Assembly: GCF_000025925.1 (NCBI RefSeq)
Contig: NC_014033.1
Coordinates: forward strand, 1,830,001 to 1,862,000
Length of the DNA stretch: 32,000 nucleotides
Origin: Xylanibacter ruminicola 23
GTDB lineage: Bacteria; Bacteroidota; Bacteroidia; Bacteroidales; Bacteroidaceae
Direction of reading: 5' to 3'
In this document: piece by piece, positions 1-8,467 of the stretch
Layout of the letters: each line of letters starts with the position of its first letter
Position numbering within the stretch: position 1 is the stretch's first letter
The notes under the pieces: model-generated
Databases searched by the model: none
What the model was told of the DNA's origin: nothing
The model's input: the letters and a program-made list of their open reading frames with translations, nothing else
Translations under genes and position numbers: made by a program

Positions 1-743
1 AGAAGGTAATCATTCGTTGCTCTTAAAGCTACTTTATAATAATCATTATAATGAGCCAATGTACTCTCTACAGACACTGTTTGACCTTCTCTCCCTATAT
101 AATACTGATAAAGAGTGGCATCTATGTAGCAAAAAGATTTCGCTGTAGTTAAGGGATAATAACAATACTCAATATCTGTATAACTGATACCCTCTTGATG
201 TTTTAGTCCAACATCGTGTAATAGGGATGTCTTAAATGTGATGGAATGCATTACAAGAAGACGCTCATTTGGAGTATTAATGAAACGAAAACTATCAAAA
301 TCCAATTGCCCTTTAGGCATATTAACCTCTGCGTAATCTTGAATAGTACCATTTACGTCAATTGCACGGTAATTGGTTAAAACAAAATCAAAGGTATCTT
401 GACCAGAAATTAAAGCTTTTACTACTGTTTGCAATGCTTCTTGATCGAACCAGTCATCGGCATCTAGTATCCTGAAAAACATACCCGTTGCTTCTGCTAG
501 TCCCTTATTTATACAAGAGCCATAATTCCCGTTTTTCTTGTCAATTGCCCTAAACACACTAGGAAACTTTTCCTGATAAGATTGAGCTATTTCAAGTGAT
601 CTATCTTTACTCCCATCATTTATTACAAGGATTTCGATTTGCTCAAATAGATATCTATCTTCTATTACCAACGAATCAAGACAACGCTGGAGATACTTTT
701 CCATGTTGTAAGTTGGAATAACTATTGAAAGTATTTTACTCAT
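1..743 (-). CDS. Family 2 glycosyltransferase (GT-A fold); C-terminal part runs off the window
   Basis: Own translation from ATG at 743-741: MSKILSIVIPTYNMEKYLQRCLDSL...ILVINDGSKDRS...FRILDADDWF. It has the GT2 N-terminal IVIPTYN, DGS-D and DADD motifs. The frame stays open to position 1, and it is absent from the ORF track because there is no stop in the window. Confidence 0.8.
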   Translation of the reverse strand, partial: MSKILSIVIPTYNMEKYLQRCLDSLVIEDRYLFEQIEILVINDGSKDRSLEIAQSYQEKFPSVFRAIDKKNGNYGSCINKGLAEATGMFFRILDADDWFDQEALQTVVKALISGQDTFDFVLTNYRAIDVNGTIQDYAEVNMPKGQLDFDSFRFINTPNERLLVMHSITFKTSLLHDVGLKHQEGISYTDIEYCYYPLTTAKSFCYIDATLYQYYIGREGQTVSVESTLAHYNDYYKVALRATNDYL

Positions 744-791
744 ATCTTTTGGAGTTTTATAAATAATCTAAAAAATAAAATGTATAACCCT

Positions 792-1640
792 TCAAATGGA
801 AAGAATTTTGGATGCAATCCCAAAATCTTTCAAAAAATCAATAAAAGACTCAGCCTTCTCTTTACTTGAAGTAAAATCGCGGTTCGCTAATGATAATTTT
901 CCATATTTTTTTGCACCCAAATTGTGGCATACAAGAATCTCAATTATGTTTATTTCCATAACACTAAGCCAATCCTTAACTTCATTTATATAGTCCATAA
1001 CACTATCAACAAATACGAACCTAAAGAATATGCTCTTGCCGCCAATCATCATTAGATGTTTCTTTATCTCATTTTGATAGTTGCTATCACTTAAATACAT
1101 CTCAGGTTGAATTTTTAGGTCTACTATATATGTATCAATAAAAGGATTTACTAATAATAAAGATTGATCTGGTGCAATTAATGATGTTTCTAATGCTATA
1201 TGCAATCCTTTCTCTTTTAAAAGCTCGAGGACACTAACCAAATTTTCAGACTGGAATAACGGTTCTCCTCCAGAGAAGGTTATACCGCCATTAGATTCGA
1301 TGTATAAAGATTGGTCTCTTAGCAAAATATGAAACAGTTCATCTGGAAGATAATCCCTTGATGTCTCCTCTGCAACTCCAAAAGGACAAGCTGTAATTGA
1401 GTTGCTCCCTTTATTTCTCTGACAGAGTTTACACAATTCAGAATGAACCCCTTTAGACAAAAGGCATTTACTATTATCAATAAACAATTCTTTTTCAAAA
1501 GAAATTGTTTCAGGATTACAACACCACGGGCAACGTAAATAACATCCCTTAAGAAAGACCGTTGTTCTCACTCCAGGACCGTCATATACACATCCCCTTT
1601 GGATATTGGTGACTCTAAGTTGCTTCATATACTTCAGCAC
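792..1640 (-). CDS. Glycyl radical enzyme activating enzyme (radical SAM)
   Basis: 282-aa ORF. GCVYDGPGVRTTVFLKGCYLRCPWC carries the CxxxCxxC cluster motif in the usual GRE-activase N-terminal context. FSGGEPL is the SAM-binding motif. There is an extra Cys set, C-x10-C-x2-C-x11-CP, consistent with an auxiliary Fe-S insert. The start overlaps the stop of the upstream GRE gene by 12-26 nt. Confidence 0.85.
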   Translation of the reverse strand: MLKYMKQLRVTNIQRGCVYDGPGVRTTVFLKGCYLRCPWCCNPETISFEKELFIDNSKCLLSKGVHSELCKLCQRNKGSNSITACPFGVAEETSRDYLPDELFHILLRDQSLYIESNGGITFSGGEPLFQSENLVSVLELLKEKGLHIALETSLIAPDQSLLLVNPFIDTYIVDLKIQPEMYLSDSNYQNEIKKHLMMIGGKSIFFRFVFVDSVMDYINEVKDWLSVMEINIIEILVCHNLGAKKYGKLSLANRDFTSSKEKAESFIDFLKDFGIASKILSI

Positions 1641-3609
1641 GTCGTATTAGATTATCTTTAAACGACTCTGGCAAATCATTAAAATAAGCACTAAAGCCCC
1701 AAACCCTTACAATAAGATTAGGATATTTTTCAGGATGAGCTTTGGCATCAACCAATGTAGCTTTATCCATAACATTAAGCTGTAATTCAAAAATACCGTT
1801 TGAACATGCATTTTTTAATATCCTCGTAAGCTTTTCTGACTCTTTTATATAAGAAGAAGGTATTATAAAATCTACCACATTGCCATTTATGCAATTATCA
1901 TTATAATGCAGCATTGACGAGAATTCTAATACCTCGGATATGTCTATTTTTGAAGTAAGAGGAGATATGTGAACAGCAAAGGGTTCTCCATTTAATCTCC
2001 CATCTAATGAAGCAAGAACATCTTTTGAACTTGAAATATAATTAGGAGAACTAAAACCGACTTTGACAGGTTGACCGTTGCTCGTCAATTTACTAATCAC
2101 ATCTCCTGTAAATGATATAAGATTATTTGTTAGTTCAACAACTTCTTCATCTGTTGATCCAAATTTCTTCCCTGAATTAATTACTAATGAATGGAGATCT
2201 TCCATTCCCTCAAAATTAGTCTCAATTGCCCTTTTGCAATCTGAGAGCTTAAACAATTGTTCATCATATACAAATTGTTTGATACTCAATAATGCGTTCA
2301 CGGTATTGGGGAGACTTACCACTTGTGCGCCATGGAAAGAGTATTTTGCACCACCATCTGTGAAGTCCAGTTCTTTATCAATACAATCATCAAAAAACAA
2401 TGTAAAAAGAGGAGAGCAATCAAAATCAATATCTTTTACGACACTTTCTAATTCTTTTGCATAAGCTGCTTTATACGAAATTAATAGACTATTAAAGTTT
2501 GTAAAGTCTTCTCCAGACAATATAATATCATTAAGAGGTTTTATGGCAATAGCGCTCTTAAAAGGATTATTCTGGTCAAATGACTTACCTATAATAAGCG
2601 GCTCCCAACAGGCAGATGTACCAACATTCCAGACATCACTCCTATCGTAACCAAACCTAGCCATCTTATCCATTACGAGCATTTCGTTCATAATAAGAGG
2701 TGAGCCTGTTCCTGTTAATATACACTTAACAGCCTTATTCCATATTTGCATTGATGTATCCTTATTAACCCGTAGAATTAATTTGGGGTCAGGAATCTTT
2801 AACTCTGCCATAATTTCTAAGAATAACGAAGTTAAAGGTGTATCCACATTTAATCCTTGCTCGTTAACACCTCCGAGTAATATATACTGCCCTGTATCAC
2901 CAACAAATGACATGCTTTTCGCATGTGTATCTTTCCCTAAAACGAGGATAAATTCTCTTATCATCCTTTTTGCCTCGCTCTCGGTTATTATTCCATTTAG
3001 TATATCATTTTGATAATACTCGCATAAAATACTATCGAGACGACCCAATCCTATATGATAGTGATCCATTTGCCAAAATAAAGCATTATAAAACAACAAC
3101 TTTTGCAATGCTTCATCTAATGAGGTCGGTTTGCCATATAGCATTTTTGGAAAATAATCTTTAAGGATGATTTCTCTCCTTCCATCACTCTTTGCTAATG
3201 ATATAGATACTCTATTAGCAAGCTTTTCTATCTCGCTCAACACCTTAAGTTCTCTGTCTTTGAAAGCAATATTTGAGCATTTTTGAATGCGGCTTCTTAA
3301 TTCATTTAAATCTGATTGAAGTACGCGGTCATAGTCTACTGTAATACTACAAATAACAGGGCGCTCATGCATTCTCAATATTAACGAATCCAGTGGATAA
3401 ATATACTCAGTGCCTGTATGAATCTTGATTTTTGAATAAATAAGAGACAATTGTCTGACATAATCATCCAAATAGTTCAAGCTTTTATTATCAAGAACCA
3501 ACTTTCCGTTTACAACAGCTCCAAACCTTGAAACAGAAGGATTTTTTTGATTTAGCTTGCCATACCCTCCGATCAACTTCATGAGCCATGAAAATGCACG
3601 ATTACCCAT
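1615..3609 (-). CDS. Glycyl radical enzyme, PFL2/dehydratase-like family, short form (664 aa)
   Basis: C-terminal IVRVWGFSAYFNDL matches the glycyl radical loop (RVxG[YF]). NVGTSACWEP matches the Cys loop with C-x-E spacing, as in eliminase/dehydratase-type GREs. The blocks GRLDSILCEYY, LILRVNKDT, GTGSPLIMNE, DGRLNGEPFA and ELQLNVMD...HPEKYPNLIVRV follow the family layout as I recall it. Confidence 0.85.
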   Translation of the reverse strand: MGNRAFSWLMKLIGGYGKLNQKNPSVSRFGAVVNGKLVLDNKSLNYLDDYVRQLSLIYSKIKIHTGTEYIYPLDSLILRMHERPVICSITVDYDRVLQSDLNELRSRIQKCSNIAFKDRELKVLSEIEKLANRVSISLAKSDGRREIILKDYFPKMLYGKPTSLDEALQKLLFYNALFWQMDHYHIGLGRLDSILCEYYQNDILNGIITESEAKRMIREFILVLGKDTHAKSMSFVGDTGQYILLGGVNEQGLNVDTPLTSLFLEIMAELKIPDPKLILRVNKDTSMQIWNKAVKCILTGTGSPLIMNEMLVMDKMARFGYDRSDVWNVGTSACWEPLIIGKSFDQNNPFKSAIAIKPLNDIILSGEDFTNFNSLLISYKAAYAKELESVVKDIDFDCSPLFTLFFDDCIDKELDFTDGGAKYSFHGAQVVSLPNTVNALLSIKQFVYDEQLFKLSDCKRAIETNFEGMEDLHSLVINSGKKFGSTDEEVVELTNNLISFTGDVISKLTSNGQPVKVGFSSPNYISSSKDVLASLDGRLNGEPFAVHISPLTSKIDISEVLEFSSMLHYNDNCINGNVVDFIIPSSYIKESEKLTRILKNACSNGIFELQLNVMDKATLVDAKAHPEKYPNLIVRVWGFSAYFNDLPESFKDNLIRRAEVYEAT

Positions 3610-3610
3610 A

Positions 3611-5059
3611 TTATTTTGTTTTCATTCTAAATTTATCTGATACTGTTGAACAAATCCAAATGAATGAACCGTTTTTCAGTATATACTCCATAACACAAAA
3701 TGTTAATACTCCTAATAAAACATAACTAATAACAAGAACCCATCCTTGTAGAAACTGCTTTAATAATATCATTAGAGGAATGAGGATTAAGGCTCCAATT
3801 AGTGCTTTAAGAATATCCTTCCAATTACTAATTCTTATAGGTGTATTTTTATAAACGAATAGCGTTGTAGCTACCAAGATAATTGTTTCTGCTGCGACTG
3901 ACGCAATAGAGGCGCCAACACTACCATAGAATGGAATTAATAGGCAGTTTAAAAGGAAATTAGATATCGCTCCAATTATCACTGAATAAAGAAAAAACTT
4001 ATCAAACCCCATACCTATAAGGATTTGAACTCCTGTAAGATTATTTAAACCTATCGCAATTATCAATAAACTTAATATCATTAATGGTAGAATCGATCCC
4101 CAGAACAACTCTCCAAAAAACAAAGGGACAAAAGAAGGGGAAACACATATAAGACCTATCGCGGCAGGGAAAGAAAGAAGAGAGACTACAGAGAACGACT
4201 TATCCATTAAAGAGTTAATCCCTGAATAATCTTTGTTTTGCATATAATATGACACCCTAGGAACAGCAACTATTGACAAACTGGTTACTGCCGTAAGTAT
4301 CACTTTTGACATATTCATGGCATTTGTGTAAAAACCGACTTCTTCATATCCTTTTATAAATCCCAACATTAAAGTATCTAACACACCATATATCGATATG
4401 GCTATAGAAGAGGCGAACAAAGTAAGTAAAGGCCGCATATGGGGTTTAAGACCTTTAGTCGTTAAGCGTGGTCTTATCCCAGAGCGTCTCATTTTAATAT
4501 AGTTCCAAATGTCGGTAAGGACAGCCGCAAGTACACTAATTAAAACATATATTATAAGATCCTCCTTGTTACGTACAAAAACAAAAAGGCTAATAACACT
4601 TGCTGTACGAATAACTAATGTACGAAATGTAATATATCCAAACTCTTCAAGACCTTGATAATACCAATTAATTTTAAATGGTGCGAGGTACACAAGAAAA
4701 CCGGCGAGTAAGAAAATAAGAAAGTTCTCCGTAAGCTGGTTCACAAATAGAAGTGAAGCAATATAAGCGATAGTGACTCCAATTGTAGTAAAGGCCGCTA
4801 TAGACATTATCTGCGAAACCAGCGTTGAAATTCCTTCTTTATCATCTCTTAGTTTAGAGACCTCGCGTACACCATAAGTGGGTATACCAAGCAATGCAAC
4901 CAATGCAAAATACCCTGCATACGTATTGGCAAAATTGTATATACCTATACCATCTGGTTCCAAAACGCGTGAGACATATGGTGCCGTGATTAAAGGAAAA
5001 ATCACGGATGAGATATTCAAAAGGACATTATATAAAAAATTCCTTTTAATTGATTTCAT
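3611..5059 (-). CDS. wzx: Wzx-type oligosaccharide flippase (MOP superfamily polysaccharide biosynthesis protein)
   Basis: 482 aa, highly hydrophobic with about 12-14 predicted TM stretches. The N-terminus (NFLYNVLLNISSVIFPLITAPYVSRVLEPDGIGIYNFA) is typical of Wzx/RfbX. It lies in a CPS operon. Confidence 0.8.
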   Translation of the reverse strand: MKSIKRNFLYNVLLNISSVIFPLITAPYVSRVLEPDGIGIYNFANTYAGYFALVALLGIPTYGVREVSKLRDDKEGISTLVSQIMSIAAFTTIGVTIAYIASLLFVNQLTENFLIFLLAGFLVYLAPFKINWYYQGLEEFGYITFRTLVIRTASVISLFVFVRNKEDLIIYVLISVLAAVLTDIWNYIKMRRSGIRPRLTTKGLKPHMRPLLTLFASSIAISIYGVLDTLMLGFIKGYEEVGFYTNAMNMSKVILTAVTSLSIVAVPRVSYYMQNKDYSGINSLMDKSFSVVSLLSFPAAIGLICVSPSFVPLFFGELFWGSILPLMILSLLIIAIGLNNLTGVQILIGMGFDKFFLYSVIIGAISNFLLNCLLIPFYGSVGASIASVAAETIILVATTLFVYKNTPIRISNWKDILKALIGALILIPLMILLKQFLQGWVLVISYVLLGVLTFCVMEYILKNGSFIWICSTVSDKFRMKTK

Positions 5060-5119
5060 AGATTATACCAAGAAAACAGGGATTAATTACACAAAACTAA
5101 TTATTATAGAAAATCCCTA

Positions 5120-6406
5120 TTAAATATTAGAAACCATATCCATAGCTGCCCCCATTGCAACATCCATATTATAGTACTCCCAATCAGCAAAACGACCAGT
5201 GAAGTAGAAGCCATTAGGCGATAAAGCATCCTTCAGCGACTTGATCATACCACGGGTATTTGCGTCCTGAATCGGATAGGTATATTTGTTATACTGATGA
5301 TCCAAATATTTTGGATTCAGGGGTATTCTGGAGAGGTTATCTAGGATGTCCTCCTTGCTTATTTCATCTGTAAACTCGATAGTTGCCGTAATGCGATCCT
5401 TAGCCACAGATAGGTAATTATTTGTCTCAGAGAAATTACCAGTACAAATAATACGATGACTCTCATGACGACGAGAAGGCTGATAAATCCAGGAATAAGG
5501 ATTTTTGTCAATTTCGCAGAACACAGCTGTCGTGCCATGATACTCCAAATTAGCAACAGGTTTCTTGAAGGCTTCAATATCCAGGCCCCCAATCATATTG
5601 ACCATGTCTTTGATATTGCCGCAGAACACGACTTTATCAAACTCTTCTCCACATACAATCCATTTCCCGTTTACAAGTTTTATTGATTGGATGTCAGAGT
5701 CGTAGCGAATATCAAGACCTTCAGCCAACTTATCTGCAATATATTGTGAACCATCTTTCTTTTCATACCAGAAAGTGGCATGTACAAAGGCTTTTTCTTC
5801 TACCTTATTGGCATTGTTATCTCGCATTTCCTGAGTGGTTGGCATTGGAAGTTTTCCCTCCATCCACGACATCGGAACTGTTGTCAAATCACGACGCCAC
5901 ACTTTCTCATTGTAGGGCTGGAAATAGAGGTTATAGAGAGTCTTACCGAAGCGCCAACGGAGGAAATCACCAAAGCTATCGTAATCCGTAAATGTGGCGT
6001 TCAAACCCTTCACCTTATCTATTTCCTCCAAGTCTTCATAGAAGGCTGTCTGTGTTGCCTCATCAAATAGGTACATATGATTCTCTATGGGGTAAGGGAT
6101 ATTGTCATGTTCCAGAGACGTGCCGTTTTTATCCATAAAGACACAAGAATTACGGTCAGCTTTACTGAACTCTTCTTCACGGGTAAACTTTGACCAAAAC
6201 CAATCAAGAACATCTTGTCGTTTGGAGTTAAACACATGTCCTCCACAAGTGTGGAAGAGACTACCATTCACTCTACGGCACTTAATTAGGCCTCCAGGCT
6301 GGCTTTCTTTCTCAAAGACAGTAATGTCATACTTATCTCTAAGAAAATGAGCAGTGCTCATTCCAGAAATGCCAGCTCCAATTATCGCAATTCTATTATT
6401 ATTCAT
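5120..6406 (-). CDS. FAD/NAD(P)-binding oxidoreductase; possibly a UDP-galactopyranose-mutase-like or amine-oxidase-fold enzyme
   Basis: 428 aa. N-terminal IAIIGAGISGMSTAHFL...VFEKESQPGG is a Rossmann GxGxxG dinucleotide-binding motif followed by the GG motif. HTCGGHVFNS resembles the mutase/oxidase fold. It has a 4-nt overlap with the upstream gene. Confidence 0.6.
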   Translation of the reverse strand: MNNNRIAIIGAGISGMSTAHFLRDKYDITVFEKESQPGGLIKCRRVNGSLFHTCGGHVFNSKRQDVLDWFWSKFTREEEFSKADRNSCVFMDKNGTSLEHDNIPYPIENHMYLFDEATQTAFYEDLEEIDKVKGLNATFTDYDSFGDFLRWRFGKTLYNLYFQPYNEKVWRRDLTTVPMSWMEGKLPMPTTQEMRDNNANKVEEKAFVHATFWYEKKDGSQYIADKLAEGLDIRYDSDIQSIKLVNGKWIVCGEEFDKVVFCGNIKDMVNMIGGLDIEAFKKPVANLEYHGTTAVFCEIDKNPYSWIYQPSRRHESHRIICTGNFSETNNYLSVAKDRITATIEFTDEISKEDILDNLSRIPLNPKYLDHQYNKYTYPIQDANTRGMIKSLKDALSPNGFYFTGRFADWEYYNMDVAMGAAMDMVSNI

Positions 6407-7383
6407 AACTTGTCAATTATATTCTTTAAACTATTTGCTCTAACTGACGTATAATGCATAGAAAGATAATCCGAATATTTTTTCATGTCCACATCGGAAT
6501 CTAGGGCTTTTTGAACAGCCATCTCAAATTGTTCATAAGTTTCTATATTTTCCGAGAAACTCTTTAAATCATAGTATTCCGTATCAGAATTCATGGAATA
6601 TCTTGCAATAATATGGCAACCTGTAGCTACTAGTTCCAAGAAACGTGGAGTTACTTGGTGATAACCTTTAGTCCTACTCTCATCACCATCAATGCCCGGT
6701 GTGGAATAAAGCCCCATTTTACCCTTTCGCATTATTTCTATGTATTTCTCTCTTGTATCAATATTGCCTAGTATTTCCCCTCTAGAAGTAGCATATATCC
6801 AAGTTTTATCACTCATTGATTTCCGGTAAACAAAGTAAAAATCAGGGTGCTTTTCGTAATACATCTTTACAAAAGTCTCAAGCTTTGGATTCTGTCTTCC
6901 AACCATTACCAGGTCATATTTCTTTTCAATTTTTGAATCTGATGTTATCGAATACTTATCAGAAATACTCAATGGATGATGGACAATATTCAGCGGACAT
7001 CCTTTGCTCTTTAGATAATCGTATGCTTCTTTACTTGAAATTAATACTATTGGGCAATGGTAATAATTATTATAAAAAGACAATAATTCTTTATCTGTGC
7101 GCAAATAGAAATCTATAATACATGGGATATAATTTTTCTTGTTATTAATGTTATTTACATAGGGGGTCATTTCTAGTGCAAAAACTTTTTTGCGAATGGA
7201 AATACTCGTAAGAAAAGCATTAAATGATTTGAAACGTTTATCTTCCAAATACTCCTGATACTTTTTCTTCGGTATAAAATCTACCTCTAGAACATCTTTA
7301 TAAATATCCTCCCACTCATAAACAATATCGTAAGATGGGTACTTTTCAAATTCTCTTTTAGTATATACACCCTCTATCAACAT
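6403..7383 (-). CDS. Hypothetical protein, possibly a GT-B/CgeB-like glycosyltransferase
   Basis: 326-aa ORF in the CPS operon, translationally coupled to the next gene (ATGA overlap). The C-terminal half (LVMVGRQNPK...STPGIDGDES...TPRFLELVATGCHII) loosely resembles the donor-binding half of GT-B enzymes. I recognised no firm family motif. Confidence 0.45.
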   Translation of the reverse strand: MLIEGVYTKREFEKYPSYDIVYEWEDIYKDVLEVDFIPKKKYQEYLEDKRFKSFNAFLTSISIRKKVFALEMTPYVNNINNKKNYIPCIIDFYLRTDKELLSFYNNYYHCPIVLISSKEAYDYLKSKGCPLNIVHHPLSISDKYSITSDSKIEKKYDLVMVGRQNPKLETFVKMYYEKHPDFYFVYRKSMSDKTWIYATSRGEILGNIDTREKYIEIMRKGKMGLYSTPGIDGDESRTKGYHQVTPRFLELVATGCHIIARYSMNSDTEYYDLKSFSENIETYEQFEMAVQKALDSDVDMKKYSDYLSMHYTSVRANSLKNIIDKL

Positions 7384-7589
7384 AACATAATAATATATTT
7401 ACTTCACTATAGGTAAATATGTAAAAATGACGTATACGCTCAAAAGGGTACCTTTGAGGCACCGAATCGGGCTTTCTTGCGTCCCGATGGTAGCAAGCGA
7501 CAAGGTCGAGCGTACGCTAAATTTTGATTAAAATTTTAGATTTCTTTATCTTTTGATGCCAATCGTCTGTGGCAGAAGACTAGCATAGC

Positions 7590-7880
7590 TCACTTCTTAC
7601 TTCTCGAGCCAAAACGATGTTGGTTATTCAGATTGTTACGAGAATCATAATCTGATAATTTTTGTTCCAGATTGCCTATGGTAGAAAGAGCTATGGGCTC
7701 TCAATGATATCGCCTTGTTCTTCCCCGAGTTTACGATAGAAGTTCAGCTGCTCTAACAATTCGTCTCTGTTCATAGTGCCAATTCTCTGTGGAGTTGTTA
7801 TACATATAGAATAATACGTCTCCGGTTCCGATGTAGTCGTACATTCCTGAACGCAAGATTTTTTCTGTTATTGCTGCCAT
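7590..7880 (-). pseudogene. Possible decayed small gene split over three frames
   Basis: Own translation gives three pieces in consecutive frames: 7880-7731 MAAITEKILRSGMYDYIGTGDVLFYMYNNSTENWHYEQRRIVRAAELLS*, 7774-7691 MNRDELLEQLNFYRKLGEEQGDIIESP*, and then EPIALSTIGNLEQKLSDYDSRNNLNNQHRFGSRSKK* ending at 7590. The pattern is consistent with a frameshifted remnant. I recognised no family. Confidence 0.25.
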
Positions 7881-8008
7881 TGTACTTAATATTTAATTCG
7901 GCAGCCGCTCCAGCTGTGCTGGCTTCGCTCGTCGAAGAAAGGTAATCACTTTATTCAGCCCCTGCAATACGTCTTTTTTTCACGCTTACAAATATTCTTA
8001 AATATTAT

Positions 8009-8467
8009 TTATTTCTCCAAACCCAGCACCAATGTATAGTACTCCAATATCCTGCTGATTACAAAATCTGCTTCATGTTTTGTAGGGAATGTACCTGAGG
8101 CATGACAATACGTATTACGTTTATTGGTCACTTCATCTTTAATTCTTGTAGCGACATCGCCAGAGAGTTGCTTAAATCCTGCAGCATTTCTTTGCAAGTC
8201 CCTGACATACTCTGTAATAGAATGACTTGTGTCTGTTCTTGCCCCAAACTTATCTAGGAAAATACGTAGCCCAGTGTCAAATGCCCTCGTGGAATGTAAC
8301 ACCCTATTCAGTTCTGCTCTACGGGCATCTTTAACCACTAACGTAGAGTCTTCTTCCATATTCCACTCATTCTTTACGATGTCAGCCATCTGTACCAAAG
8401 CGGTATTACCTACAACAAAAGAATCAAGTTGAAATTTCAGTGTTTCTATTTTTTTAGCGAGCGACAT
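8009..8467 (-). CDS. Predicted HEPN-domain protein (candidate RNase effector), 152 aa
   Basis: I take the start at MSLAKK (ATG 8467-8465), because the longer ORF-track start lies inside the upstream gene. The sequence looks all-alpha. TNKRNTYCHASG contains R-N-x-x-x-H, the Rx4-6H HEPN signature with the typical polar residue after R. The gene overlaps the upstream gene by 14 nt. Confidence 0.55.
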   Translation of the reverse strand: MSLAKKIETLKFQLDSFVVGNTALVQMADIVKNEWNMEEDSTLVVKDARRAELNRVLHSTRAFDTGLRIFLDKFGARTDTSHSITEYVRDLQRNAAGFKQLSGDVATRIKDEVTNKRNTYCHASGTFPTKHEADFVISRILEYYTLVLGLEK

